Assembly (NCBI RefSeq): GCF_002105155.1
Contig: NW_019028980.1
Location: 1,054,001-1,118,000 of the forward strand
DNA from: Lobosporangium transversale
Taxonomy: Eukaryota
Length of the DNA stretch: 64,000 nt
Reading direction: 5' to 3'
The position numbers and the translations under genes are program-made. The first letter of the stretch is position 1. Every line of letters begins with the position of its first letter. The notes under the pieces are model-generated. The model searched no databases. It saw only the letters and a program-made list of their open reading frames with translations, and had not been told where the DNA came from. Of this stretch, positions 12,031 to 24,449 are shown piece after piece.

Positions 12031-12616
12031 ATTATCAAGCGCGTCGATTGACCATGAGATGAAGGAAAATGGTCGTCATTGTGCGTTCCTGTTCCTATAT
12101 AGACATGTTCCTGAAAAAATAAACATTAAAAGGAAATCGGAGATTGAGCACTTTTCTGCCCACAAAAAATGTCATGTTCTACCGCTCTCACGCGGCGGGT
12201 TTATTTGTGTTGTGTGTACATGTACTGCCCCCCTTTTCTCAGCCATGATTTGGATTTTTGAGTTTTTGTGCTTGCATGGACGAACGCTTAGCCTCATTTT
12301 CCTTTGTTTTGTTTCTTTTCTACACCTTCCCATTTTTCTTTGGAAACCTTCGAATTAGCAAATGTGCAATCGCATGTGCGACCTTTAAGGTTTGTCGACT
12401 TTTTGTCGGGTCTGGTGGAAATAGCAATTGAACATTTGTCGTCATATAAATATGACCCTGTTCCTCTCGAAAACCGGGCTGTGTTTTCTACTTTATCCAC
12501 ATAATTCAATCATCCATCTTCTTCACACTCTCCATTCACTTCAAAAACATAACCATCCAATAATTTCTTTGGACATTTTTCTTTCTTCTCTTTATCTTTT
12601 TAAATAAACCTTGACT

Positions 12617-13246
12617 ATGGCACGAGGGGGAGGAGGACTTGGAGGAGGACTTGGAGGAGGATTTGGTACTGCTACCGGTGGCGGTTCTGGTGGCGGTTCT
12701 GGTGGCGGTTCTGGTGGCTATTCTACCGGTATCATTTTCTTAATTATTGTCGCCGTTGTCCTCGTCCTAATTATCATGGGCGTCGTTTTCTACTGGTGGT
12801 ATGTACGCAGAGTGATACGCCGCAAGGAGAGTGAAAAGCAAGACGCTGAGGCTAATGGCGCAAGTGAATCTTGTGCTCATCTATATCCCCGCCCTCATTT
12901 TGAGCCATATCGTTATACTCCTCCAGCACCAGCACCACCAACGTTACCACCATCAACACCACTACCAATATCGATGCCTTATCCAGATATCCATACGGAG
13001 CTTTCTCAACCTCCAATATATCAGCCATCTGCTTCTGAAGCATTACCAACGCAAGGTATCCCTTCTCAATCGCCGTACCCAGTCCTGGAAAGTTCAGGTG
13101 CAAATCCGGAGCTTTCTCCTTCAGCAGCTATTCCGAACCCTACTGCTACTTTGCCATATCCGGCCTCCACTGTTCCATTGGCAGCTACACCTGCCTATGT
13201 ATATCCCTCCATGCCAGTTCCCCAACCCCAAAACCCTATTTCTTAA
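12617..13246 (+). CDS. Single-pass membrane protein, Gly-rich N-terminus and Pro-rich tail (copy B')
   Basis: GGGS repeats precede the TM helix IIFLIIVAVVLVLIIMGVVFYWWY. The tail shares SEALPTQGIP, SPSAAIPNPT and YPSMPVP with copy B. Confidence 0.7.
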   Translation: MARGGGGLGGGLGGGFGTATGGGSGGGSGGGSGGYSTGIIFLIIVAVVLVLIIMGVVFYWWYVRRVIRRKESEKQDAEANGASESCAHLYPRPHFEPYRYTPPAPAPPTLPPSTPLPISMPYPDIHTELSQPPIYQPSASEALPTQGIPSQSPYPVLESSGANPELSPSAAIPNPTATLPYPASTVPLAATPAYVYPSMPVPQPQNPIS

Positions 13247-14203
13247 AGTACTAGTAGCTGTAAGAATGTCATATTTAGTAAATGTATATTAGAGTAATAA
13301 AGATAATAGCAATAATGATTTTTTTGCTGACATTGAGTAAAATAGCTTGTAAAGGGCCTCATGCCATGTGTTTGTAAAAAAAAACTGACGTAGAATTAAC
13401 TGTTGCTTGGTGTCAATACTGATTAATGTGAGAAAAGAGGCAAAGGGGGTGAGTTTTTTTTTTTTTTTTTTGCTAAGGAAGCTCCATTATTGTCCTTCTC
13501 GCAAGTCTTTAATCTTTGCAATTGCTAAATTGTAAGCAATGTAAGCTTCTAATAAGCATTTTGAAAGCCAACGGAAGTACACACTTGCCTTGTTTTGCCA
13601 CAGATGGCACCTCATTCTTTGGGATGAAAGAAAAAGAGAAGCCTGTTATCTAAAAGGATAAATGCTATAGTATGGAAAGACTTTTTTTCAAAAAAAAAAA
13701 AAATAAATAAATAAAAAAATCAGTAGCTGAGCAGTAATAAAGATAACTACAGGGTAGCGAGGTAGTTTATTACATAAACACGATTATAGAGAATGCTAAA
13801 GCCAGAACACTGATAGAACCATCCGTAGTGGAAATGTCCTTTAGTTTCAGTAGCCTGCAGTTCTTTGTCGCTATTGGAACCATTCAATCACCTTTGTCCT
13901 TTGCGAACACTTTTGATAATCAAGAATTAATATCACTTTCTTTACATGGAGCCTAAAGCAGTATCTAGGTTCACCTAAAGTAGTACGACAATGGCAACAT
14001 GTGCCATACATAGTCTACGTGACCAAGATGTGGTTCTTAACATAAGATATGCTGACCATGGGTTAGAATGAAGCATTTTGCCACCAAAAAGTGCTTAATG
14101 TGACGTTACAATAATAAGTTTCATGTCGCTATTTTTCTATTTTACTTTTTCCCTTTTGGCAACCAATTCCCTCATTCGACATAAACAGCATTTTGACAAC
14201 GAT

Positions 14204-14917
14204 ATGTCTGATCACGCACAGAATCTAAATGACCCCGCGGTAGAGACTCATTTGGAGTCACCTCTCGAGGATAATGATGGTACATCGTCGGGTATTCTGC
14301 TCGAGAAGGCTGACTATGAGCATTCGTCACCCGAAGTCTCATCACTTAACTCGTCAACAATCCTTGATCATCCTGACGATGTCAAGTCAGCAGCCAAACA
14401 ACCCACTAATACCACCACCGCTAAAAAGAAACCTGCTGCGGCCTCTGTTGCGCGTCCTGTTACCTCGACTGTCCCCACATCAGCAGCACCAAAAACATCT
14501 TCAGAAGTCTCGACAGCTGTCGTGGATTTGAACCAGACCATGCCCTGGAAACTCTTCTATCCGATTGCGAGCAGAGAGACCATCATTGCGTTATGTAAAG
14601 CGACAGCGATTAATTTCATTCTTCCGTTTATCAATGGCGTCTTTTTGGGCTTTGGCGAGATTTGTGCACACGAGTTGGCATATCGTTGGGGATGGACCAA
14701 TTCGACACATATTGTGAGTGTTCCTGGAAGAAGACCAGTCAATTCGGGAAATGTAGGCATCCGTGCTGCGGGGAGCGCCTCCTCTACTGGCGCAGGATCT
14801 GTTGGTGCAGTATCTGGGACCAGAAGTTCATCTGGCTTCGCAGGCAGTCGGTCAGGTATTGGGGGATTGGAGTTTGATGAAGATGCGTTCTCGACAGCGT
14901 CATTAAGAGAGGATTGA
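14204..14917 (+). CDS. MIM1: Mitochondrial import protein Mim1/Tom13
   Basis: Contains the conserved AINFILPFINGVFLGFGEICAHEL..RWGW segment typical of the TOM13/Mim1 family. Confidence 0.9.
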   Translation: MSDHAQNLNDPAVETHLESPLEDNDGTSSGILLEKADYEHSSPEVSSLNSSTILDHPDDVKSAAKQPTNTTTAKKKPAAASVARPVTSTVPTSAAPKTSSEVSTAVVDLNQTMPWKLFYPIASRETIIALCKATAINFILPFINGVFLGFGEICAHELAYRWGWTNSTHIVSVPGRRPVNSGNVGIRAAGSASSTGAGSVGAVSGTRSSSGFAGSRSGIGGLEFDEDAFSTASLRED

Positions 14918-15371
14918 GTCTGTTTGGTTTCTAAGAGTAAAAAGGAGCCAAATGTGCAGAGAGAAAGCAGAATGAATGTACATGTAGATAGAACATCATG
15001 TAATGCAGTAAATGATCACAAATCAACTGGATATCGATATCATCAAAATGTGCCCTCTCAAAGTAAACAGAAAATGATGCCTCTGTTTTGAGTGCACATC
15101 GATTGTATTCATCCAATCACTGCGCAGACACACACCTTTATTCGCTTGTGCAAATATAAATAAGGTTTTTCCACATTCCAAATTATTTTCTTCATTCACT
15201 TTCTATTGCATTCATTCATGTTTCTCATCCTGTAATTATTTCACATCGTCATACTGCTTTCTCAACTATCTGTTCTGTCTGCTGGGAAACCTGCTTGTTG
15301 TGTACATACATTCCACTCGCAGACAAGAGCAGAATCCGACAACTCTACGGTTTGTCGACCAGCGTCCATCC

Positions 15372-17324
15372 ATGTTCGCTCGCCAGGTCGACCCTCTCAT
15401 GCACTTTCGCTCGTCCCTTTCTGTTGCGGAGCAGCACCATAGGATCCAGCAAGAGATGGTCGACCAACATTCCGATAGCACATTCTTCTCTGTTGCTCAG
15501 CCTTCCCCTCATAATATACAGAGCATCAATAGCAATGTTAATATTATTGATAATAACATTCTCTGCACATCTAATTTTCTGCCCAGTGATTTCAGTGGCA
15601 ACGATGGCAACAACGGAAACAATTATAGCAGAAATTATATCAACAACAACACTTGCGACCTAAATAATATAAATACAAATACAAGCAAAAAGAGTACAGG
15701 CACAGATACAGCTACATCAACCACGAATGCAGATAGTAACCCCTACAAGCGGAAACACACTTTCCATTTTGAGCCCGAGTTTTTTGCTGCCTTGGACGAA
15801 ACAACTAGTGATGGTGAAATTATTGGTAAAAAGAACAACCCTATGTCGACGACCTCGACATCCCCACAAAGGACGGGCTTCTCTTGGATGGCAAGGCCTC
15901 TGAAAAGAGCCAAGAGATCCAAATCCAATTTGGCCTCGCTTAATCCAAATTTCAATCCTGTCTATGAGTATGAGGCATCACCGCATCAGATGAATAATGT
16001 ATCTTCCTCTCTGTCGGCATCACAGTGTACAGTGCCTTCCTTTTCCACGATCTCGGCCTTACGCCCCACCTCTGGCAACAATATTACCTGTTCAACATCA
16101 ACATCAACCTTTGCAACAACAGCAAAATCGCCATCGTCATCAAAAATAGCAACAGCAAAAACGAACCCATCAATGAGGTATCTAAACTTAAACGGGCCCA
16201 GTATTATTGATTTGTCATCCGGAGAAGAGCTGGTAGTGTTGCATTTGGGAAACAATGAGCTTAAGCGAAGAAGGGATGATTCGCTGTTGTCGTCTAGTAC
16301 ACGAACGGAGAATTTCTTACTGAAGGCATATGAATACAAGGATGATGGAACTTTGACGCCAATTCCTGATCTAGATCATCGCGAGCGGCCATTCACACAA
16401 CCTTCTCCAGCAAAGAAAGTGCGGTTGAGTAGATCTAATCAAAGAGGGCCCCATTTGGAATTCATTGAAGATTGTGAAGCAGTATCGGTTGACGATCATC
16501 AAAGAGGGCTAACAGGCGAGGAAAAATGGAGCCAAAAATCAGTCGACAGAGACAATGGCAGAGATGGAAGCAAAGGCCGAGGCGGATTCTATCAAAGTAC
16601 CGAGGGTGGTCGATATCATCGACCCACAGTTTATGGCGCCTTTTGGAACGGAACCGGAACTTCTGTACGCTTGAGAGGATCAAGGAATATGAGGCGGGGG
16701 AGCCGCAAGGCTACGGTTGGTACCCGATTTTGGGCTGATTTTGACCAGGAAGGCTCGAGAATCAATAAAGGAGATGATGAGGCGAAAGATGAACTCGAGA
16801 TACCGTTTGCAAATGACAGTGAGGATAAGGATGAGAATGAGGTACAGGATAAAGAGAAAGCAAGAGTTGGAGGAGGTAATTTGGTACGATCCAAGAACGT
16901 TTGCAACTTGTTTTATCTTGCGGAAGGATTTGAAAAGCCTAGTCAGAGTCATTGGAGAGACTTGGCACGTGCGCACTTTATTCCTGAGAATGAAGCTGAA
17001 GTTCATGAATTGGTACTCTATCGGTCCCCAGATCTTACGAATGATTCCATCGAAGACAATATATTAAACTACGATGGGGTGTGGGATGCGGACGAATTTC
17101 ATCGACAGTACCATCATCATACTTCTGCGTTCATTGAGGAATTAAATGAAGACACAGGCAATGGAGACGTGGCTGAGGTTGATTATGATGGCGATGACGA
17201 TGATGATGGCATTGATGATGATAATGATGGGGGTGTTATACCCGACAACGAAGCAGGAAGTCCGCCTGAAAATGCACATTTAATGGATCTGGAGGAGAAG
17301 ATCATGGACATGGATCTTAATTAG
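15372..17324 (+). CDS. Hypothetical low-complexity protein with acidic C-terminus
   Basis: Long intronless ORF with first ATG at 15372. No domain recognised. Confidence 0.7.
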   Translation: MFARQVDPLMHFRSSLSVAEQHHRIQQEMVDQHSDSTFFSVAQPSPHNIQSINSNVNIIDNNILCTSNFLPSDFSGNDGNNGNNYSRNYINNNTCDLNNINTNTSKKSTGTDTATSTTNADSNPYKRKHTFHFEPEFFAALDETTSDGEIIGKKNNPMSTTSTSPQRTGFSWMARPLKRAKRSKSNLASLNPNFNPVYEYEASPHQMNNVSSSLSASQCTVPSFSTISALRPTSGNNITCSTSTSTFATTAKSPSSSKIATAKTNPSMRYLNLNGPSIIDLSSGEELVVLHLGNNELKRRRDDSLLSSSTRTENFLLKAYEYKDDGTLTPIPDLDHRERPFTQPSPAKKVRLSRSNQRGPHLEFIEDCEAVSVDDHQRGLTGEEKWSQKSVDRDNGRDGSKGRGGFYQSTEGGRYHRPTVYGAFWNGTGTSVRLRGSRNMRRGSRKATVGTRFWADFDQEGSRINKGDDEAKDELEIPFANDSEDKDENEVQDKEKARVGGGNLVRSKNVCNLFYLAEGFEKPSQSHWRDLARAHFIPENEAEVHELVLYRSPDLTNDSIEDNILNYDGVWDADEFHRQYHHHTSAFIEELNEDTGNGDVAEVDYDGDDDDDGIDDDNDGGVIPDNEAGSPPENAHLMDLEEKIMDMDLN

Positions 17325-17961
17325 TTTTTTTTTTTTTTTTTCTATTCTCATTTGCCATTTGCACAGTTTTTGTATTCTATCTCCCTAACTAATCCACACG
17401 TCTGGGATCTTGTAAAACAACTATCATTATCTTAGTTTTTTTTTTTTAAGTCAATAGGAAACATAAAGTTTCTTCTTTGACGTGTGCTTTGCGGATTAGT
17501 AAAACTATCGAACGTGGTGGATATAATACTTTTTACACGTCAAATATTGAATCTAGCAGAGCAAACCACGGAAGATTATGTCCGTACGGGCCGGACGGAA
17601 AGATCGAGAAAGCAGTACACGATGCCAGCCTTCATGTAAAGCGGTGATCGAGTATCCGTTGAGGACCCTTTTTTTAATATTTGTGTGTTGATCTGAAGGT
17701 TGATAATTGCATAAAAATGATGGTAGTGTGGAGAGAGGTTGTGAGAAAGATTTTCGCGGCTCAAAAACTCATTGGCCCGATCAGCTCAAACCCTGTCGTC
17801 TTTTTTTTTTTTTTTTTATAAATATGACAGAGCTTTTCATTCATTCATTTAATTTCATTCCTTTTCTCCATTCTTTCTTTACTGTCTCCTTTGTTCTTTT
17901 TAACTCTTTTGCACCAACTACAAGTCTTTCGAAAAAAAACTAATACCTGTTAAAAGATATT

Positions 17962-18902
17962 ATGGGTGCTATCAAGAACACACAGATTGTCCTGGCTAAC
18001 AGGCCAGTTGCGGATATCGATCCCAAAACGACATTTAAATTCCAGCAAGTCTCGCTCTCAGATGAATTAGGACCCAACGAAATCTTGGTCAAGGTTCTAT
18101 TCATTTCCCTCGATCCTGCCATGCGCGGTTGGATGCGTGATGTTCGCTCGTAAGCTTCTTTTTTTTCCTGTTTTCACCTGTAAAAGTAGATATTTATAAT
18201 CAACAGAGAAAAAAAAATAACGTGAGAACTTACTCTCTCTATCCCTTCTATTGTATGGATTTCCAATGAACATAGGTACATCCGCCCTGTCAGGATTGAT
18301 GAGGTAATGCGCTCGGCCGATGTGGCTCAAGTCATCAAGTCTAACAACCCAGATTACAAAGTAGGAGACTTGGTTCGTGCAACCTGTGGTTGGCAAGAAT
18401 ATGCGGTACTCAAGCCCTCAGAAGATTTGGTGAAGATCCAATCGTTCCCAGGAGTATCGCCTTCTACTTATTTGGGAGTTCTTGGGTTGACAGGCTTGAC
18501 AGCCTATTTCGGATTGTTTGAGGTTGGAGAGATTGAGAAGAAGGGGGGTCCCAATTGTACAGTGGTAGTCTCTGGAGCTGCAGGAGCAACAGGCTCTGTG
18601 GCAGCTCAAATTGCTAAGCATGTCTTTGGATGCCGAGTCATTGGTATTGCAGGATCGGACGACAAGTGTGAATATTTGGTGAAGGAGTTGGGATTGGATG
18701 TTGCGTTGAATTACAAGTCCAAGACGTTCTTCAAGGAGTTGACTGCTGCAACACCCAAGTTGATTGATATCTTTTTCGACAATACAGGTGGGGATATTTT
18801 GGATGGATGTTTGAGACGAATTGCATTCAAGGGCCGTATCATTGTCTGCGGCGCCATTAGCACTTATAATGAAGCCGTTCCCAAGGGACCAGGTAAAAAA
18901 AA

Positions 18903-18933
<31 letters not shown>

Positions 18934-19273
18934 AGTTATTTTACCTTATTTTACTTTTCATAGTCATAGTCATGGTTTGGGTTATTTAAACTAACTTTTT
19001 TTTTTTTTTTTTTTTTTTCTAGCCTACTACAGCGCATTGATCACACAGCGCGCAAGAATGGAGGGTTTCATTGTCTTTGATTATGCTGAAAAGTATGGAA
19101 AGGCAACGGCTGATATGTCCAAATGGATCAAAGAAGGCAAGCTCAAGAGTCGTGAGACTGTCATCCAGGGTATCGAGAATACACCCGATGCACTCGTTCG
19201 TCTGTTCAAGGGCGACAACACAGGCAAGATGTTGGTGAAGGTGGCCGAGGAGGAGAGCAAGAGCAAGTTGTAA
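17962..19273 (+). CDS. NADP-dependent MDR-family oxidoreductase, prostaglandin reductase/alkenal reductase-like (exons 17962-18149, 18276-18892, 19023-19273)
   Basis: Motifs ISLDPAMRGWM, LGLTGLTAYFGL, VVSGAAGATGS, CGAISTYN and GDNTGKMLVKV. Intron phases are consistent. Confidence 0.93.
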
Positions 19274-19420
19274 AAATGAATAACCTTGGTTTGAAATAAA
19301 GCACGTGATACACTATATTATTTTTTTGTGGCAGGACAGTGGTGCAGGGTTTTCTTTTTTTTTTTTTGTGCCCTTCTCCTTTTCTGTAGTCTTCCAACTC
19401 CTCCTGAAGAACGAAAGATC

Positions 19421-22144
19421 ATGTCCGCTGCATCCCTGCCGCCTACTCAATTTGCATGTACGTCCCTCTTTATCTTGATGTCTTTTCAGTCAATCTTTGT
19501 GTTTATACTTGTGCACTGTTTCCCCTACGTAAACATTGATCCTGTCCGACATGAGCTATTAAACTGATCAGGACAGAATGAATTAACATGAGTCAACTAC
19601 AATGCTCTTTTTTTGTTTTTCTTGTCTTCAATAGTCCGCTCTGCTGCAGGCATCGGTCTCTCTGAGGGCGCTCCTGAATTTGGTGCTCCCACAGGTTTTG
19701 AAAAGTAATGCTCACTGGGATGATGAAAAGTGTCAATTGCCCATGAAAAAAAAAAAAAGTTTAGTTTAGCTTTATAGGCATTCATTGATATGAACATCTT
19801 CTTTGTTCCATTCTCTTGTTCATTATTGTGGCGGTGTAATGACTTACTATTAGGCAAACTGGTAACATTCGTGTACTTCAGTACAGCAAGAATGGGCAGT
19901 ATCTTGCTTGGGCGACCCCCGAAAGGTAAAGCCAAGTGTTTAAGCGAATGTTATTGGTTCTTTCTTTGTTTGCAAGAAATTCATTCCATTCATTACCAGA
20001 CATACTTACCAAAAATGATTATGGTCTCAACGTATATTTTTTATTTTTTTAGTGTCAAGGTGATGGATGCTCAGTCACTGGAGATCATCCAGGACTTGGA
20101 GGTCAAGGATGTGCTCGAGATTGATTTTTCTCCAAAGGGAACCTTCCTCTCGACTTGGCAGCGACAGAGTAAGTCTACCACTTTGCTACTACTTCTATTA
20201 ACAGGAGATCTAACTCTATGCATGTCAATTGAAAGAAGGGTGTTTATTCTATATTTGTCTTTACATGTATTTTTATTTTTGTGATTTTTTATACATTCTT
20301 CCCATTTCTGATCAGATGCACCTTTAATTTTGAACGTTGGATGTAGTTACTAAAGTATTATTATTGTTATTATTTCCTTCTCTCCTTCTACTGGATAAAT
20401 CGGCTTAGTCAAGACCGAGGATGGATCGCACAAGAATATGGCCATCTACGATGTCAAGAGTGGTCAGCTGTTGACCGCCTTCTCTCAAAAGTCGCAGAAC
20501 AACTGGTAAAATTTTCGCATGTATCTCACACGTCATGTTGTGATGTTGTGTTCTTGTTTACAATCGACAGGGCGCAGTCAGGAGAAGGAGACAAACATTT
20601 TTTGTTTGTTTGTCTTCAGGAGATGCACAATGGGAGAGTATTACGAATAGGAGCGAAGTATTTATGCTTACCCTTTGCTTATTTGACGATTTTTTTTTAC
20701 GTAAACTAGGAATGTACAGTGGACTGATGATGAGGCATACTGTGCAAGGATGGTTTCTAGTGAGGTTCACTTTTGGGAGCCCAAAAACTTGACCAAGACC
20801 CCGTTTACGAAGCTGCGTCAGGAGGGAATGACCCAATTTTCGCTTTCGCATGGAAAGAGTACTTCGGTCGCCGTTTTTTTTGGCGAGCGCAAGGGCGCTC
20901 CAGCTATGGTTCGCATCTATTCGATCACCAACTTTAATGTGCCTCTTGCCAGCAAGTCATTTTTTAAGGCTGATCGCGTTCAGATGATCTGGAACCAATT
21001 GGGTACCAATATTCTCGTGTGGACCACTACCGACCATGATAAGACTGGAAAATCATACTATGGTGAGACCAACCTCTATTATTTGGCTGTGGCCGGAAAC
21101 TTCGACTGCAGAGTGCCCATTGATGGTCTCATCCATGATGTTGCTTGGTCCCCTGCTTCCAAGGACTTTGTTGTTATCCACGGACAGATGCCCAACCCTA
21201 AAACAACCCTTTTTGACCATCGCGCTAACTCTATCCATGAGTTTGGAAGAGATGCTCGCAACACTATCAAGTGGAATCCTCAGGGACGAGTTTTAGTTTT
21301 GGCAGGATTCGGAAACTTGGCTGGCACTATGGATTTCTGGGACTGCAAAACTCTGGAGAAGATTGCCAGTGTCTCTGCACGTGATACAACTGCTTGTGAG
21401 TGGTCCCCCGATGGTCGCCACATCTTGACAGCTACATTAAGCCCTCGTCTCCGTGTCGATAATGGCTACAAGGTTTGGCACTATACCGGCACTCTAGTGC
21501 ACACTGCTGAGGTGAATGAGTTGTACCAAGTCAGCTGGAGACCTGCTGCACCTGAGATCTACCCTATTCGTTCATCACTATCACCTGCACCTAAGCCCGC
21601 CGCAAGTACATCAGCTGCAGCTGCCAAACCTGCACCTGTTCGCGTCGGCGCTTACAGACCTCCTCAGGCCCGTGGAACACCTGCTCCTTCCTTATTTACT
21701 GATGCCAATACCAGTAGCTCTTCCTCATCTACTGCAGCAAATGCTGCAGCCGCTGAGGCCGCATTGTCCAGGGCCGCATTGAAGAACAAGAAGAAGCGTG
21801 AGAATGCCAAGAAGAATAAGGATATCACTACGGAAGAAGGTCCCAATGCCGTAGCCTCTGGATCTGGCAACAACTCACCTGCACGTGCCAATACTCCCCG
21901 TCCTAATAACAACAATAAGAAACCTCAGAATGGAGCATTGCTGCCGCCTTCATCAGGATCTTCGTCGAGTGCCCAAATGACTGAGACAGAGAAGAAAATT
22001 CGCAATGTCACAAAGAAGTTGAAGCAGATTCACGAGCTCAAAGAAAGGCAGGCAGCAGGAGAGACACTTGAGCTCACACAGTTGCAGAAGATCACATCTG
22101 AGGCTGCTCTACTCAAGGAGCTGGAGGCATTGAAGGTTAACTAA
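19421..22144 (+). CDS. EIF2A: Eukaryotic translation initiation factor 2A (multi-exon)
   Basis: Motifs FSPKGTFLSTWQR, KSFFKADR, DKTGKSYYGETNLY, LAGFGNLAG, WSPDGRHILTATLSPRLRVDNG, and the C-terminal EKKIRNVTKKLKQI helix. Confidence 0.95.
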
Positions 22145-22409
22145 TTAGTTGTATTCTAGGTAGTGCTATTTTCTTTTGTGTTTTTGAGAGGAAAGATACT
22201 TGCGCCATTGAGTCTTTTATTTTTGTTTTGTTTTTTTTTTTTTCTGCAAAAAAAAAAAAAAAAAGAAATGTATACAATGTATTATTTTTTTCCTTAATAT
22301 CCTCCTTGTTTCGCTGTGCTTTTGTAAAGAAAATTTCTTTGCTGTTTTTAAATAGATGTAGAAAAAACAAAGATAAGAGCGTATATAACATCAATAACCA
22401 AATTTACAT

Positions 22410-22803
22410 GTGTTTTTGAAGAAATGGCCATTTTCATTTTGGTTGCTTTGCTTTCGTCGATTACGCGCCTTTGTTCGCCCAAGATTTGGCAAGCGTTCAA
22501 TCTACAATGATCACTACCACAGTCATGGGTTCAAGTATCAATCCGTCCTGACTCCCGGCGGAATAATCATTGACTTGCGAAGCCCCTATGATGGAAAGAC
22601 TTGATCTGACCACAATGCGAACAACCGACCTGTAGGAGGTTTTAGAGGGACATGCTTAGACAAAAGACAGTCAGCCTATCGCTATTTATGGAGACCTGGC
22701 TTGTCGCTACAGTTCCTGTTCCATTAATTCCTAAAGATCGAATAGCTGTAGAGTGGGGGGGGGGGATTTGGTAAAATTGCGAGAATGTTCGCCTTTACTG
22801 ATT

Positions 22804-22842
<39 letters not shown>

Positions 22843-22982
22843 GTTGCTTTCACCGTTGCTCGATATTATCAATGTGCAGTGATATTCACAAACATCCATA
22901 CGTGTTACTATGGATCAAATACATCATCCCATTTCAAAGTAGACCACCTCCTCCTTCCCTTGCAATTGATGAATATCTCTAA
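22410..22982 (+). pseudogene. Decayed PIF/Harbinger DDE transposase (DDE_Tnp_4-like)
   Basis: Ordered fragments run across frameshifts and stops: GCFAFVD, RP...YNDHYHSHGFKYQSVLTPGG, AIYGDLA, RIAVEWG..FGKI, FTNIHTCYYGSNTSSHF, PPP...DEYL. This is the Harbinger D-D-E layout. Confidence 0.85.
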
Positions 22983-23027
22983 CCCGGTCTATACGGCGAG
23001 GCTCTCTATCACGAATAAATTTATTTT

Positions 23028-23972
23028 TTATTTCTTGGATAAGAGTTCAAGAATTGCCTTATTAACAGTATGCTGCTCAAGAATTGCCCTATTAACAGCA
23101 TGCTGCTCTGATCTATCTTGTTGCATAATTCTTAGTATCTCTTTGATAATAGCACGATATCCTGTTTCCATGGCTTTTGCATGATCCAAGTATTCCTTTC
23201 TTTCAAGAAATAGTTTACGCAGCTCATTAATATCCCTTGTGCGTTTGATTTTACGTTGTTGACTTGTGTCTGAGGAAGATGAATTTTCGGAAGATGAATC
23301 CTCGGGAGAACCTGAAGAACGCTTTCGTGCAGCCCGTGACAGTGCAGAAGCCCGCGATATTGCAGCAGCCCGCAAAGCTTCATTATTTCTGTTGTTCTGT
23401 AGATGAGTTTCATGAGCACGCTTACGACTATTAAGACTGCTTGTCCGTTGTTGAAGAGCTTCCTGCTCTAGCTTGTATGCCATATTGATTAGACAACGGT
23501 GCCTGTCTCCTTCTCCAATAATGCCGGTTGCCGCAGTCTTTTCTCTTAGATATCTTTTGTGGTCCTGTGCCATTGCCTCCCATGCGCTTCTAGCATTGCG
23601 TACTGTAACACCGCTATAGATGGGCGCACCAAAACGGAGGGGAGACAATTCTGTCTCTTGAATTCGATCGACGACGCTCTGCCACCGTTGATTAACTGAC
23701 CTGTCATCCTTAGCAAATGGAGGAGCGCTGATAATTGCTTGTAGAAGAACTAGTTTGTGTTGCGGCACCAAGAACAATCGACAAGGCTTTTTCCGTGACT
23801 TGGAAGGCGGTGAAGGTGGTTCAGAATCTGGTCCTGTCCCTTCTACATCATCTACAGAATCCGTTTAAGGTATATTCTCAATCGATAATCTCTCGAAATA
23901 AGTTACATTATATGTCTCGTTTTGTGCTGTGGGGGTATTCATTGGGGAAGGATGTTTTCCGATGTATGTCAT
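23028..23972 (-). mobile_element. Myb/SANT-like DNA-binding ORF of the Harbinger element (one in-frame TAA at 23865-23867)
   Basis: LLQAII...PF...RWQSVV...W...H...ATG pattern plus a C-terminal coiled coil. It is convergent with the transposase remnant, as expected for two-ORF Harbingers. Confidence 0.7.
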
Positions 23973-24258
23973 GGTTTTTTCGGTGAAAGGAAGAGCAGAA
24001 AGTGAAGCTTCATAGAAAGCTACTGCTTTAAATAAGCCCAGGTTAGAGCATTGATGACTAATAGAACAGAGGTTTGAGGATGTTGATAACTACCATAGTC
24101 TGATAAACCGCGTCTTTTTTGGGAAAAAGATAAATTTGGCAATTTTTTATAATATTTTTTGGCTAAATTAATCAATTCTGAGCTTGGACGGGTTGGGATT
24201 CCAAAAAGTTTTTTAAAATTTTCAGGTTGCGAAAACTCGCCCATGTCCCCCCAATACG

Positions 24259-24293
<35 letters not shown>

Positions 24294-24449
24294 CCATAGC
24301 CTTGCTTAGTATCTAAAAAGATATGTAGCTTTACTGATGCTAGGTAAGTTATAACAATATCTCATTAACTCCCATTAATGATACCACTAGGTGGATGACA
24401 GCCTTTGTCTTTGGGCGCATCGAAAATCTCATTGGCTGAAAATAAAATG

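Noticed and set aside
19542..19577. CTGTCC...GGACAG stem enclosing ATGA and CTGA (SECIS or K-turn-like)
   Set aside because: It is intronic, the spacing does not fit SECIS or box C/D geometry, and there is no in-frame TGA selenoprotein nearby.
19718..19853. ATGATGA box C-like motif in an eIF2A intron
   Set aside because: No downstream CTGA box D or terminal stem in the intron.
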